Origin: a virus
Taxonomy: Duplodnaviria; Heunggongvirae; Uroviricota; Caudoviricetes
Reading direction: 5' to 3' (one strand)
IMG/VR virus record: IMGVR_UViG_3300027908_000001
Location: 1 to 23,166 of that record
DNA length: 23,166 nt
Shown here: piece after piece, positions 1 through 6,722 of the stretch
How the letters are laid out: each line of letters starts with the position of its first letter
Numbering within the stretch: position 1 is the stretch's first letter
Made by a program: the position numbers and the translations under genes
The notes under the pieces: generated by a model
Database searches by the model: none
Told to the model about the DNA's origin: nothing
The model's input: only the letters and a program-made list of their open reading frames with translations

Positions 1-63
1 GCCCGCTTACCGTCCATCTCTGCGACTTACGTCGCCAGCATTTGGTCGGTGCGCTGCGGCAAA

Positions 64-154
64 TGGCGGAAGGGGTGAGAGTCGAACTCACAGCCCGCTT
101 GCGCGGACCACCGTTTTCGAGACGGGATGACTTAGCCAATGTGCGAACCCTTCC
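64..154 (-). tRNA. tRNA-Ser(CGA)
   Basis: Reverse complement reads GGAAGGG...CCCTTCC-G-CCA (7-bp acceptor stem, encoded CCA). Anticodon loop CT-CGA-AA, long variable arm with GCAA loop, T-arm GTGAG-TTCGACT-CTCAC. 91 nt. Confidence 0.95.
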
Positions 155-424
155 ACTGAAATTGTGCGGGGCCGGTTTTACGCGGCTCCCGCATTTTGGG
201 AAATTTTTTTGCTCGGTGTCGTCGTTCGCTCCCCCGAAGTAAATCGGGCTCATCGCGGACCAGTTTCCGAGGGCGCAATTTGGGCATCGCGCCTTCACCT
301 GCCGTTGTGTCCCGGCCATATTTGACCGGGTTTGGTTCACTTCGAGTCTTCTGGCCTATCGGCCTGCTCAAAGACCGGACAAACGCTCCGGTGGTCCGTG
401 TCGCCGACGGACCGCGGTTACTAC

Positions 425-460
425 AAAAATCAAAAACCCCACTCTTTTCGGAGCGGGGTT
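425..460 (-). terminator. Intrinsic terminator
   Basis: Minus strand AACCCCGCTC-CGAAAA-GAGTGGGGTT followed by TTTGATTTTT. Confidence 0.8.
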
Positions 461-485
461 CGTCTAACCGAAAATGACTATACCC

Positions 486-632
486 CTACCCCGTTCCCTC
501 CGCTGGCGTTTCGAGTGCCAGTGACATGCAATCATTCACCGGCTGATTCCGCCAACTGACGGAATACGAAAACGACCTGCCCCCGCGCTCAGCGGTCGGT
601 CGCTTGCTCAAATGTTGTCGTGTTATTCTCAC
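486..632 (-). CDS. Possible 48-aa peptide (VRITRQHLSK...EGTG); may instead be part of an ncRNA
   Basis: GTG start preceded by AGGAAA. Lies between a candidate promoter (656-684) and a terminator (425-460). No recognisable motif. Confidence 0.25.
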   Translation of the reverse strand: MRITRQHLSKRPTAERGGRSFSYSVSWRNQPVNDCMSLALETPAEGTG

Positions 633-655
633 TGTGTTTTCCTGTAACTCTCGTC

Positions 656-684
656 ACAATACGCCTAGACGGGTCAACGCGCAA
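656..684 (-). promoter_or_regulatory. Sigma70-like promoter
   Basis: TTGCGC-17 nt-TATTGT with GCG immediately before the -10, matching other promoters in the window. Confidence 0.5.
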
Positions 685-705
685 GTGAAAAATGAAACTA
701 TTTTC

Positions 706-744
706 GGAAAAGAATCAGGCCCCGAACTTTCGCCCGGAGCCTGA
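706..744 (-). terminator. Intrinsic terminator ending the candidate ncRNA
   Basis: TCAGGCTCCGGGC-GAAA-GTTCGGGGCCTGA (13 bp, 3 G-U pairs that work only on the minus strand) followed by TTCTTTTCC. Confidence 0.75.
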
Positions 745-1025
745 CCCTCACCAAACCTCATCCCGCTTGCGAGCGCTTACGCAGGACTCAACGTTCGTCG
801 CCATCTCACGCGGGGCAATCCCGGATGTCCAGCCCCACGCTGCATCGTCCTCGGGCCGGTCCCCTACTGTGCTCGCTAGAGCGTCCGATGGGGCGCGGAC
901 GAAACGCGCGGCCTTGCGGCTGAAACCCCATCACCAACCCCGAAGGCTGGCTCCTCGTTCCGAAGAACAAGCAGGACTCGGTACTATGAACGAACTACAC
1001 TACTGAGGGCATGTGCCCTCGAACA
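708..1025 (-). ncRNA. Unassigned structured ncRNA, ~320 nt
   Basis: Own promoter (1032-1060) and terminator. No minus-strand ORF of 60 aa or more. Successive helices with cUUCGg and GNRA tetraloops, a multiway junction, and GAGUCCUGC twice. Confidence 0.65.
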
Positions 1026-1031
1026 GCCTCC

Positions 1032-1060
1032 ACTTTACGGCAACGCGTCCACTTCGTCAA
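1032..1060 (-). promoter_or_regulatory. Sigma70-like promoter overlapping the upstream stop codon
   Basis: TTGACG-17 nt-TAAAGT. The TAA is the stop codon of CDS 1035-1946. Confidence 0.75.
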
Positions 1061-1946
1061 GCACTTCTTTGGGCGGTTGGCAGAAGCCAGAGAAGGCGCG
1101 CGGCAAGACCGGAGCCGATACCGCGCGCTCCTTCTTCGTGACATCGATGCCCGCTTCCCTCAGTCCCGCAGCGTCGCTGTAGTACACCTCCAAGACCGCC
1201 AGCACTTTGCCGCGCTTGAATTCCGTCTCCACAACTTTGCTCTCGCGCGCCTGACCCCAGCCAGTACCAAGGTTAAGCGCCGGTGCCGCGTTGTTGACCG
1301 CCATTACTGGCTCGCTGGCGCACCGCAACATGCCCATGGAGTGAACCGTCTTGCTCTGCATGCCATCGACGCTGCTGTGAGTGGACATCGTGAACGTACC
1401 GGTGTTGTCGCCGCACTTGTAGTACGGGCCATTGAAGTCCCAATATGGAACAGGACGAGGCCGATATGGACGCCATGGACGCCACGGCACTGGCAATGGC
1501 CAATAGTCACCGTGGTAGTGGTCGTGGTGAACTTCCTTGATGACCTCTTTGATTACCACCTTCGGCTCGGGCTTCTCGGCAATGACCATGACGCCTATCA
1601 CGCCTGCGCCCTCTGGTTGACCTTTCGAGGCCGCATACGATTTCGACTTGGCCTTGAAGATAAACTCATTTACTTGGTCGAGAGAAACACGCCAGCCCTC
1701 GAACTCCGTGGCACAAAAACCCTCGACTATGTAGCCGCGGGATTTTTCCGTTGCCTTGTTCCCGTCAATAATCCCGAGTCCATCAATCGCCGGAATGACC
1801 AGCACCTTAGTGGCGCTATTATTTCGGAATTTCAGGGTGAATCGAGACCCTTTTCTACCCTCGATTAACGTGAGGCCGGATTGACCATACTCTTCGGTGG
1901 GGCGACCGTTTACGCAGACTTGCAACTCAAACAGACCTGACTTCAT
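1035..1946 (-). CDS. Hypothetical protein, 303 aa (beta-rich N-domain, His/Pro/Trp-rich linker, LGTGWG C-domain)
   Basis: Long ORF. Start moved to the ATG at 1946 because AAAGGAG lies just upstream (1952-1958). Confidence 0.85.
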   Translation of the reverse strand: MKSGLFELQVCVNGRPTEEYGQSGLTLIEGRKGSRFTLKFRNNSATKVLVIPAIDGLGIIDGNKATEKSRGYIVEGFCATEFEGWRVSLDQVNEFIFKAKSKSYAASKGQPEGAGVIGVMVIAEKPEPKVVIKEVIKEVHHDHYHGDYWPLPVPWRPWRPYRPRPVPYWDFNGPYYKCGDNTGTFTMSTHSSVDGMQSKTVHSMGMLRCASEPVMAVNNAAPALNLGTGWGQARESKVVETEFKRGKVLAVLEVYYSDAAGLREAGIDVTKKERAVSAPVLPRAFSGFCQPPKEVLDEVDALP

Positions 1947-1959
1947 AACTGCTCCTTTG

Positions 1960-2000
1960 CCGCACAATGCGGACTTTTTCATGTCAGAGACACAATGTCT
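1960..2000 (-). promoter_or_regulatory. Two leader hairpins with an identical CA-UUG-UG apex
   Basis: AGACA-TTG-TGTCT (1988-2000) and CCGCA-TTG-TGCGG (1960-1972), directly upstream of the RBS. Confidence 0.45.
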
Positions 2001-2012
2001 AAGACTGTAGGT

Positions 2013-2041
2013 ACTTTACGCCCCACCGATAATTTTGTCAA
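2013..2041 (-). promoter_or_regulatory. Sigma70-like promoter overlapping the HNH stop codon
   Basis: TTGACA-17 nt-TAAAGT. TAA is the stop codon at 2016-2018. Confidence 0.8.
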
Positions 2042-2738
2042 TCGGTTTTTGCTGTCCAGCAATAGCGCCGCAATATTTCACAAAGAGAGGCTCAGGCAGG
2101 TCTCCCTTCATCATGTTTACAATTTTATGTACCCACTGTACGTTGTCCTCGGTATACCCTCCATCTGCATCTATTCGGTCGAGCGACGCCGTCCTCTGTC
2201 CCCTCGCGGTATGCAGCATGATTGGCACGCCTGAAATGGCACAAAGCTTTCCCTGAGAGAGATAGAGATTCCATAGGAAATCACAGGAAAGATTGAACTC
2301 CAGATATCGCAATCTTGCACCCCGACGGAGACTGCTCATGTAGCCTTTGCTTAATGATTCTTTGGATGCGGTGAAAGAGCAATTTGGACAGCTTGTTACA
2401 TCTCCGCTCATCAATACCGCCCGACAGGCTCTTATTTCTTTACCGCATTTGCACCGGCAAACCCAGTGACTTCTTCCCCAATTTTCCGAGGCGCATTCCG
2501 CTCTGCCAATTACTGTCAATAGGCCAAATCTTCTACCAGAGAAAGAAGCCAGAATGACCCCAGTGGCTTCCTTTTTGGTTCTAGTATTTATGCCATGATG
2601 GCGCAAAATCTCCGAGATGTACCTTCTCGGGGTGTGCAATAACTTTGAAATGTAGTCTAGCGTCCGTAGTTCTACGAGATAGAGATGCTTGATTTCTTCA
2701 AGCCTTTGGTCGGCGCGGTCGTATACTGTAGTGGGCAT
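2016..2738 (-). CDS. Free-standing HNH (His-Me finger) homing endonuclease-like protein
   Basis: GRRFGLLTV and WVCRCKCG...SCPNC N-terminal motifs; CAISG...SLDRIDADGGYTEDNVQWVHKIVNMMK nuclease core; AGGAG RBS; visibly more AT-rich than its neighbours. Confidence 0.85.
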   Translation of the reverse strand: MPTTVYDRADQRLEEIKHLYLVELRTLDYISKLLHTPRRYISEILRHHGINTRTKKEATGVILASFSGRRFGLLTVIGRAECASENWGRSHWVCRCKCGKEIRACRAVLMSGDVTSCPNCSFTASKESLSKGYMSSLRRGARLRYLEFNLSCDFLWNLYLSQGKLCAISGVPIMLHTARGQRTASLDRIDADGGYTEDNVQWVHKIVNMMKGDLPEPLFVKYCGAIAGQQKPIDKIIGGA

Positions 2739-2825
2739 AACATAAGTCTCCTGTGACTTGTTTGGGTGTTATGCCTCACTACTGAGGACTTTCAGTGCCA
2801 GCGTCCCAGTTCCGCCAGCACCGAC

Positions 2826-2854
2826 ACTTTACGGCCTGTGCCGCAGAAAATCAA
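2826..2854 (-). promoter_or_regulatory. Sigma70-like promoter
   Basis: TTGATT-17 nt-TAAAGT with CCG before the -10, the same consensus as 1032, 2013 and 16201. Confidence 0.7.
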
Positions 2855-2862
2855 GTGGAATC

Positions 2863-3051
2863 TCACGGCATCGGTTTTTGAGGAGCATACTTCCATTGGC
2901 CCTTCATGGATTTCCGGCAGGCCGCACACAGGCGTGTCGGCTTGTGCTCAAACGCATTGACCCGCATCGGCAGGCGCAGATAAACCGACTTGACGTATCC
3001 TGAACAGTTGCCGCTCAGGTTCGGGTTTTCGCAAACCAGTTTTTCATCCAT
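2863..3051 (-). CDS. Small Cys-containing hypothetical protein (C-x8-C...CxxC)
   Basis: ORF. AAGGAG spacing favours the ATG at 3051 over 3060. Confidence 0.65.
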   Translation of the reverse strand: MDEKLVCENPNLSGNCSGYVKSVYLRLPMRVNAFEHKPTRLCAACRKSMKGQWKYAPQKPMP

Positions 3052-3235
3052 GATACCCATACTCCTTACACTTCGATTCCATTATCGGCACCGCCTTTCC
3101 CTCCATAGACCCCTTGGCATGCTGCCAGCAGACCGGCAGTCGTGAGGATGGAAGCATCAGCGTGGCCCGGCGCTTACAGCCTTCTCGATTGACGATGTTG
3201 CGGCGAGCATAGCCGAGTTGCGCATGGCATGTCAC
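3044..3235 (-). CDS. Small Cys/His hypothetical protein
   Basis: ATGA-coupled to the upstream gene; C...C...CWQH pattern. Confidence 0.6.
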   Translation of the reverse strand: MTCHAQLGYARRNIVNREGCKRRATLMLPSSRLPVCWQHAKGSMEGKAVPIMESKCKEYGYHG

Positions 3236-3450
3236 TGGCGTTCAGACTCCAATTCCAGCTTCCGCAGGCACTTCTTGCAATCCGTCCGCCCAATGTCGTC
3301 CGTCTCCGGCGTGAAGCTCGCTACCGCCAGAATAATCGGCTGCCCGCAGAGTGTCAGGTTGGAATCGTGCGTCGCGTGCCATCTGGTCCAGTCGAACTCT
3401 CTGCGAACCATCCGTCGAGCCCATCGCACCGCATGGGATTCAGTATTCAC
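3232..3450 (-). CDS. Small putative Zn-binding protein (WH...LCG...CKKC)
   Basis: GTG start overlapping the upstream ORF end; His/Cys ligand pattern. Confidence 0.7.
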   Translation of the reverse strand: MNTESHAVRWARRMVRREFDWTRWHATHDSNLTLCGQPIILAVASFTPETDDIGRTDCKKCLRKLELESERQ

Positions 3451-3616
3451 AAGGTTTTACATTCGGCGGTTGAAAAAGCGGACACCAGTTGGCGCGATTC
3501 CCCCATATGATTTTTACAACCGCCATTCGACTGAATCCGGCTCGACGATAAAACTGAATCCAGAGGCGCATCAGGCCCGGCTGCCGGTAGGCGTTGATGC
3601 TCCACTGATAATTCAT
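3440..3616 (-). CDS. Small hypothetical protein, 58 aa (MNYQWSINAY...PCEY), absent from the ORF track
   Basis: Hand translation. ATG overlaps the NAMPT-like TGA (ATGA) and the ORF fills the gap exactly. Confidence 0.65.
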   Translation of the reverse strand: MNYQWSINAYRQPGLMRLWIQFYRRAGFSRMAVVKIIWGNRANWCPLFQPPNVKPCEY

Positions 3617-5067
3617 GCCGCCGCCAGCCGCGCCCGGATGTTGGCAAGCGTGTCGTCCACGATGAGGTTGCCGTCATCGAAGACCGTGCGCAGTTCGCCT
3701 TCCCGCTCCTGTTCGGGTGTGCATTTGTCGTACAACACGAACTTGCCGCCTTCCTTCCGAACGCAGAGCAGGCCGGTCGCCGACTTTTTCATGCCGTCAT
3801 CGGTAATCGGGTCTTTGAAGATGTCCATAGCTTGGCCGTTGATTTGCACCCATGTGGCTTTGATGGCCGTTCCGAACGTGTCGCGGGTGTTGAATTGGAA
3901 TGTGAAGCTGCCCACGCCTAGGACAACTTGCGAGGCGAATCCCTTGGCCTTGAGACGTTCGGAGATTTCCTTGGCGCGAGAGAGGTTGATGGAATCGCCA
4001 TAGATGGCACCGACGTGGCTATCCAGAACGCGGTATCCTTTGGCGTTGGTCGTGCCGCCGAATACATCCCAGAGACATTCGACGACGCCTTTGCGGTCGG
4101 CCTCGCTAATGCCGTGCGGGTTGCCGCAGATGATTTGCACTGGGTCCCCACTGTCAGGCCGAATTACGAGCTTGCCATCGCGAGCCATGATTTCCGATTT
4201 CAGGGATGGCAGTATCTTGGTCAATACCGAAAACAAATCCCACGTGTCACTGACCACCGAGAGAATGCCTTTCGGATGAACTTCCGTCAGCAATCGCTTG
4301 AATGTATCGAACTCGCCATCCTTCCGCCCACTGCACATTACGCTGTGCTCGGTTGCGGCCACGCTGCCGCCGACCAACTCCTTCTCGCAATCGGCGTTGT
4401 AGTATTGCTCCAGCCCGTCGATGGCCGGGATGGTATCGGTACCAGTGAAGCTAAGGAGGTGACCCATGCCGGACAATACCGCGCTCTCGAACGAACTCAT
4501 GCCGCGGAAGCTGAAATCATGCGCCTGCCATTGGACGAATTCTGGTGGCATGCCGGTTTCTTCGGCGTAGTGGTTCAGGAGCTTGCGGTACTCATGGGCC
4601 AGCGTTGCCGAGGTGCATGCTTGCCAGATGCTACAGGACATGAGCGTCTCGAAGAAGTTGGTGAGCCAGTAGAATTCATCGAAGGTATTGACGATAGTAA
4701 GGCAGGGCACGCGCATTGGCACAAGACTGCCCTCGGGCAACGCTTTGATGCGAATCGGCAGGTAGCCGAGGTCGTGCAGCGATGCCACATGCTCATAAGT
4801 CGGCAGCGGCCCGATGGAGTTCTTGATGCGCCGCTCATAAGCCTTCATCACTTTGTACTTGGATTGACAGAAGAAATTGCGCTGCATGTCTTCCATTAAA
4901 TAAGCCTTGATGAAATATTGCAGGCCGAAGAACACCATCTCCTCGATGCCTTGCAGCCGTGACTTTCTGGCGGTGTAATTGCTGTAAACCCTTTGGGTGC
5001 CCGGGGGATACTGGAACGGATGAGAAATTTTGTAAAAATCGGTCCTGAGAAATGGCATCATATCCAT
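3613..5067 (-). CDS. nadV: Nicotinamide phosphoribosyltransferase-family protein (NadV/Namat-like)
   Basis: TDFYKISH, HDFSFRG, ATEHSVM, VVSDTWD, VIRPDSGDP, AIYGDSI, GVGSFTFQ and KDPITDDGMKKSATG are NAMPT hallmarks. Confidence 0.95.
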   Translation of the reverse strand: MDMMPFLRTDFYKISHPFQYPPGTQRVYSNYTARKSRLQGIEEMVFFGLQYFIKAYLMEDMQRNFFCQSKYKVMKAYERRIKNSIGPLPTYEHVASLHDLGYLPIRIKALPEGSLVPMRVPCLTIVNTFDEFYWLTNFFETLMSCSIWQACTSATLAHEYRKLLNHYAEETGMPPEFVQWQAHDFSFRGMSSFESAVLSGMGHLLSFTGTDTIPAIDGLEQYYNADCEKELVGGSVAATEHSVMCSGRKDGEFDTFKRLLTEVHPKGILSVVSDTWDLFSVLTKILPSLKSEIMARDGKLVIRPDSGDPVQIICGNPHGISEADRKGVVECLWDVFGGTTNAKGYRVLDSHVGAIYGDSINLSRAKEISERLKAKGFASQVVLGVGSFTFQFNTRDTFGTAIKATWVQINGQAMDIFKDPITDDGMKKSATGLLCVRKEGGKFVLYDKCTPEQEREGELRTVFDDGNLIVDDTLANIRARLAAA

Positions 5068-5867
5068 AGCGGGAATCTTCCTTCGAGGTTGATGGTGGTC
5101 ACGAAACCTTTGGCATCCGGGTGATTGGCGTAGCTGTCGGTCGTGATGATGTGCTGATAGTAGCGTCCGAGGTCATCGAAGCCTCGGGAGAAAATGCCGT
5201 GGCTGACGATGAGCGTCAGATGTTTCGGTTTGATTTGGTCGCCGATGGCCATGAACGTCGCGCCGCCGTCGCAGATGTCGTCGATGACCACGCAGTTGCG
5301 GCCGGTGCAAACATCCGGCTCGACCACCTTCAACTTGACGTGACCATCCGTGTCCCGTTTCTTGAAGCAGTACGTCACTTCCTTGATGCGCGGATTCCAT
5401 TCCAGATACTTGGTCACCTTCTTGACCGCCCCGGCGTCCGGGCATATCAGCACGGCGTTGTCTTTTTCGTAGGCTTGCACCAAGGCGATGTTGGAAACGT
5501 TTTGGGAACGGCTGATGAGTTGTAGCGCCACTTCGCTGTGGACATCGAACAATAACACCTTCTCGAATCCGCAGGAGTTTATGAGGTCGGCCACGACTTT
5601 CAGGTCGATGCTGTCACCCGCCTGCATGACGCGGTCGTAGCGCGCGCCCATGAGATAGGGGATAACGAGTTCTCGCTTGTACGCGAACACGTTGTCCAGC
5701 GCGTTGGAGACCTGCAACAGGTGCATCATCTCCAGACTGGACCGTATCGGGCAGATGACGCGCACGTCGTCGCCGTCGGAGATGCCGGAAATTCGGACGT
5801 GAGGTTGGTTATCGGGAAAGAGGATGAAGCTTACGCCGCGCTGCTTGCCGACATCGATGGTTCTCAT
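5058..5867 (-). CDS. prs: Ribose-phosphate pyrophosphokinase-family protein (Prs/Adps-like)
   Basis: FPDNQPHV, PYLMGARYDR, DVHS, CPDAGA, and PRPP-binding loop VVIDDICDGGATF. Confidence 0.9.
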   Translation of the reverse strand: MRTIDVGKQRGVSFILFPDNQPHVRISGISDGDDVRVICPIRSSLEMMHLLQVSNALDNVFAYKRELVIPYLMGARYDRVMQAGDSIDLKVVADLINSCGFEKVLLFDVHSEVALQLISRSQNVSNIALVQAYEKDNAVLICPDAGAVKKVTKYLEWNPRIKEVTYCFKKRDTDGHVKLKVVEPDVCTGRNCVVIDDICDGGATFMAIGDQIKPKHLTLIVSHGIFSRGFDDLGRYYQHIITTDSYANHPDAKGFVTTINLEGRFPLWI

Positions 5868-5875
5868 GAGAGATA

Positions 5876-5904
5876 CCCATACGCGAAACGCGGTAGGCTG
5901 TCAA
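5876..5904 (-). promoter_or_regulatory. Sigma70-like promoter, probably giving a leaderless prs mRNA
   Basis: TTGACA-17 nt-TATGGG; only 8 nt lie between the -10 and the ATG at 5867; no Shine-Dalgarno. Confidence 0.55.
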
Positions 5905-5911
5905 CAGGTTT

Positions 5912-6025
5912 TTACAGGGGCTCGCCGCACTCAAACGGATGGCGGCGGTAAATGCGCCCGTAGATGACACGGATGGCCGGGCAAACCAGCCAGACTATCA
6001 GGGCCATAAGGTAGGCCAAAGTCAA
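5912..6025 (-). CDS. Small single-pass membrane peptide, 37 aa (MTLAYLMALIVWLVCPAIRVIYGRIYRR...), absent from the ORF track
   Basis: TTG overlaps the upstream TGA; hydrophobic stretch followed by an Arg-rich tail. Confidence 0.5.
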   Translation of the reverse strand: MTLAYLMALIVWLVCPAIRVIYGRIYRRHPFECGEPL

Positions 6026-6450
6026 ACTGGGTAGGCTTTTGGGGGAGAAGTATCGCATGACGGTTTCTGGAACAGACCGCTCTTTTCAATCATGTGCTTG
6101 AGCATTGCCTGTAGCTCGGGGTGGAAAGGATTCATGAATCGGTCCTCGCCGACGTTGAAGCAGTAGAGGCGTCGCTCCTCGGCCCCATCTTTATAACCGC
6201 GTGTGGAATTCGGTGTTAGCACCCATTTTGTGTGATACTTCTCCGGCACGAACTTCGCGAACTCCGGAGTCATGACGATAATGATGTCCGCCCATTCATA
6301 GAGCATCTCGCGTGTCTCTTGGGTGTTGGACTCCACCCCGCAGGCCAGTACATCGTGTTGGCCGTAGTTGCTGTAGTGGAGCAGGTACTTCAGGGCCACG
6401 CTGCGTACCTGACCGCCGCGGCAAATGGTGAGGATTTTCACTTGAACCAC
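6022..6450 (-). CDS. Low-molecular-weight protein phosphatase (LMW-PTP/ArsC fold)-like protein
   Basis: N-terminal ILTI-CRGGQVRS (C-x5-R-S P-loop) and EWADIIIVM. Confidence 0.75.
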   Translation of the reverse strand: MVQVKILTICRGGQVRSVALKYLLHYSNYGQHDVLACGVESNTQETREMLYEWADIIIVMTPEFAKFVPEKYHTKWVLTPNSTRGYKDGAEERRLYCFNVGEDRFMNPFHPELQAMLKHMIEKSGLFQKPSCDTSPPKAYPV

Positions 6451-6722
6451 CTGCGGAACCAGCTTGGCTTGAGCGGCGCGCTGATTCGGACCGGCTGCGC
6501 GAAGGTCAGGTAAACCTCAAACCAATTGCTGCCGAAATCGTAGTGATACCCTATCGGCATGCAGCGGATGTCCTCGCAGGCACCGCGTTCGATGCGCGGG
6601 AATATCGGGCAGAGCTTCATCACCGTAAAAACATCCATACGCTCGTCAGTGATGACCAAATAGGCCCGCTGATAGTCGGTGAGCTTGTTTGGGAAAATCT
6701 CGGTGCATTGAAGGATTTTCAT
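6438..6722 (-). CDS. Hypothetical protein, 94 aa
   Basis: Coupled ORF in the operon. Confidence 0.7.
   Translation of the reverse strand: MKILQCTEIFPNKLTDYQRAYLVITDERMDVFTVMKLCPIFPRIERGACEDIRCMPIGYHYDFGSNWFEVYLTFAQPVRISAPLKPSWFRRWFK

Noticed and set aside
1-63. Possible HDV-like (theta) ribozyme or group I intron fragment after the tRNA (GCGAC-GUAA-GUCGC; GCAGAGAUGGACGG)
   Set aside because: I could not build the nested double pseudoknot, the group I R-like motif is imperfect, and the region is cut by the window edge.
172-200. CGCG-TAAAAC upstream of the tRNA as another member of the TAAAGT promoter class
   Set aside because: No acceptable -35 at 17 nt, and the sequence sits inside a hairpin.
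132-371. 79-aa minus-strand ORF
   Set aside because: It runs into the tRNA gene and has no RBS or motif.
706-723. GGGGCCUGAUUC resembling a tmRNA 5' end
   Set aside because: It is the 3' arm of the terminator, and no matching tRNA-like 3' end with CCA follows.
775-800. ACGUUGAGUCCUGCG reminiscent of Bacillus SRP RNA
   Set aside because: The conserved helix-8 CAGG...GGAAGGAAGCAG motif is missing.
845-870. AGGGGACCGGCCCGA resembling the SAM-I riboswitch P2 kink-turn
   Set aside because: The AUC/GAU P1 and GCAAC elements of SAM-I are absent and no gene lies downstream in the transcript. Kept only as a sub-motif of the ncRNA.
897-905. GGACGAAAC on the plus strand, resembling a hammerhead ribozyme core
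   Set aside because: No CUGANGA partner at the required position; the sequence is explained as a minus-strand hairpin.
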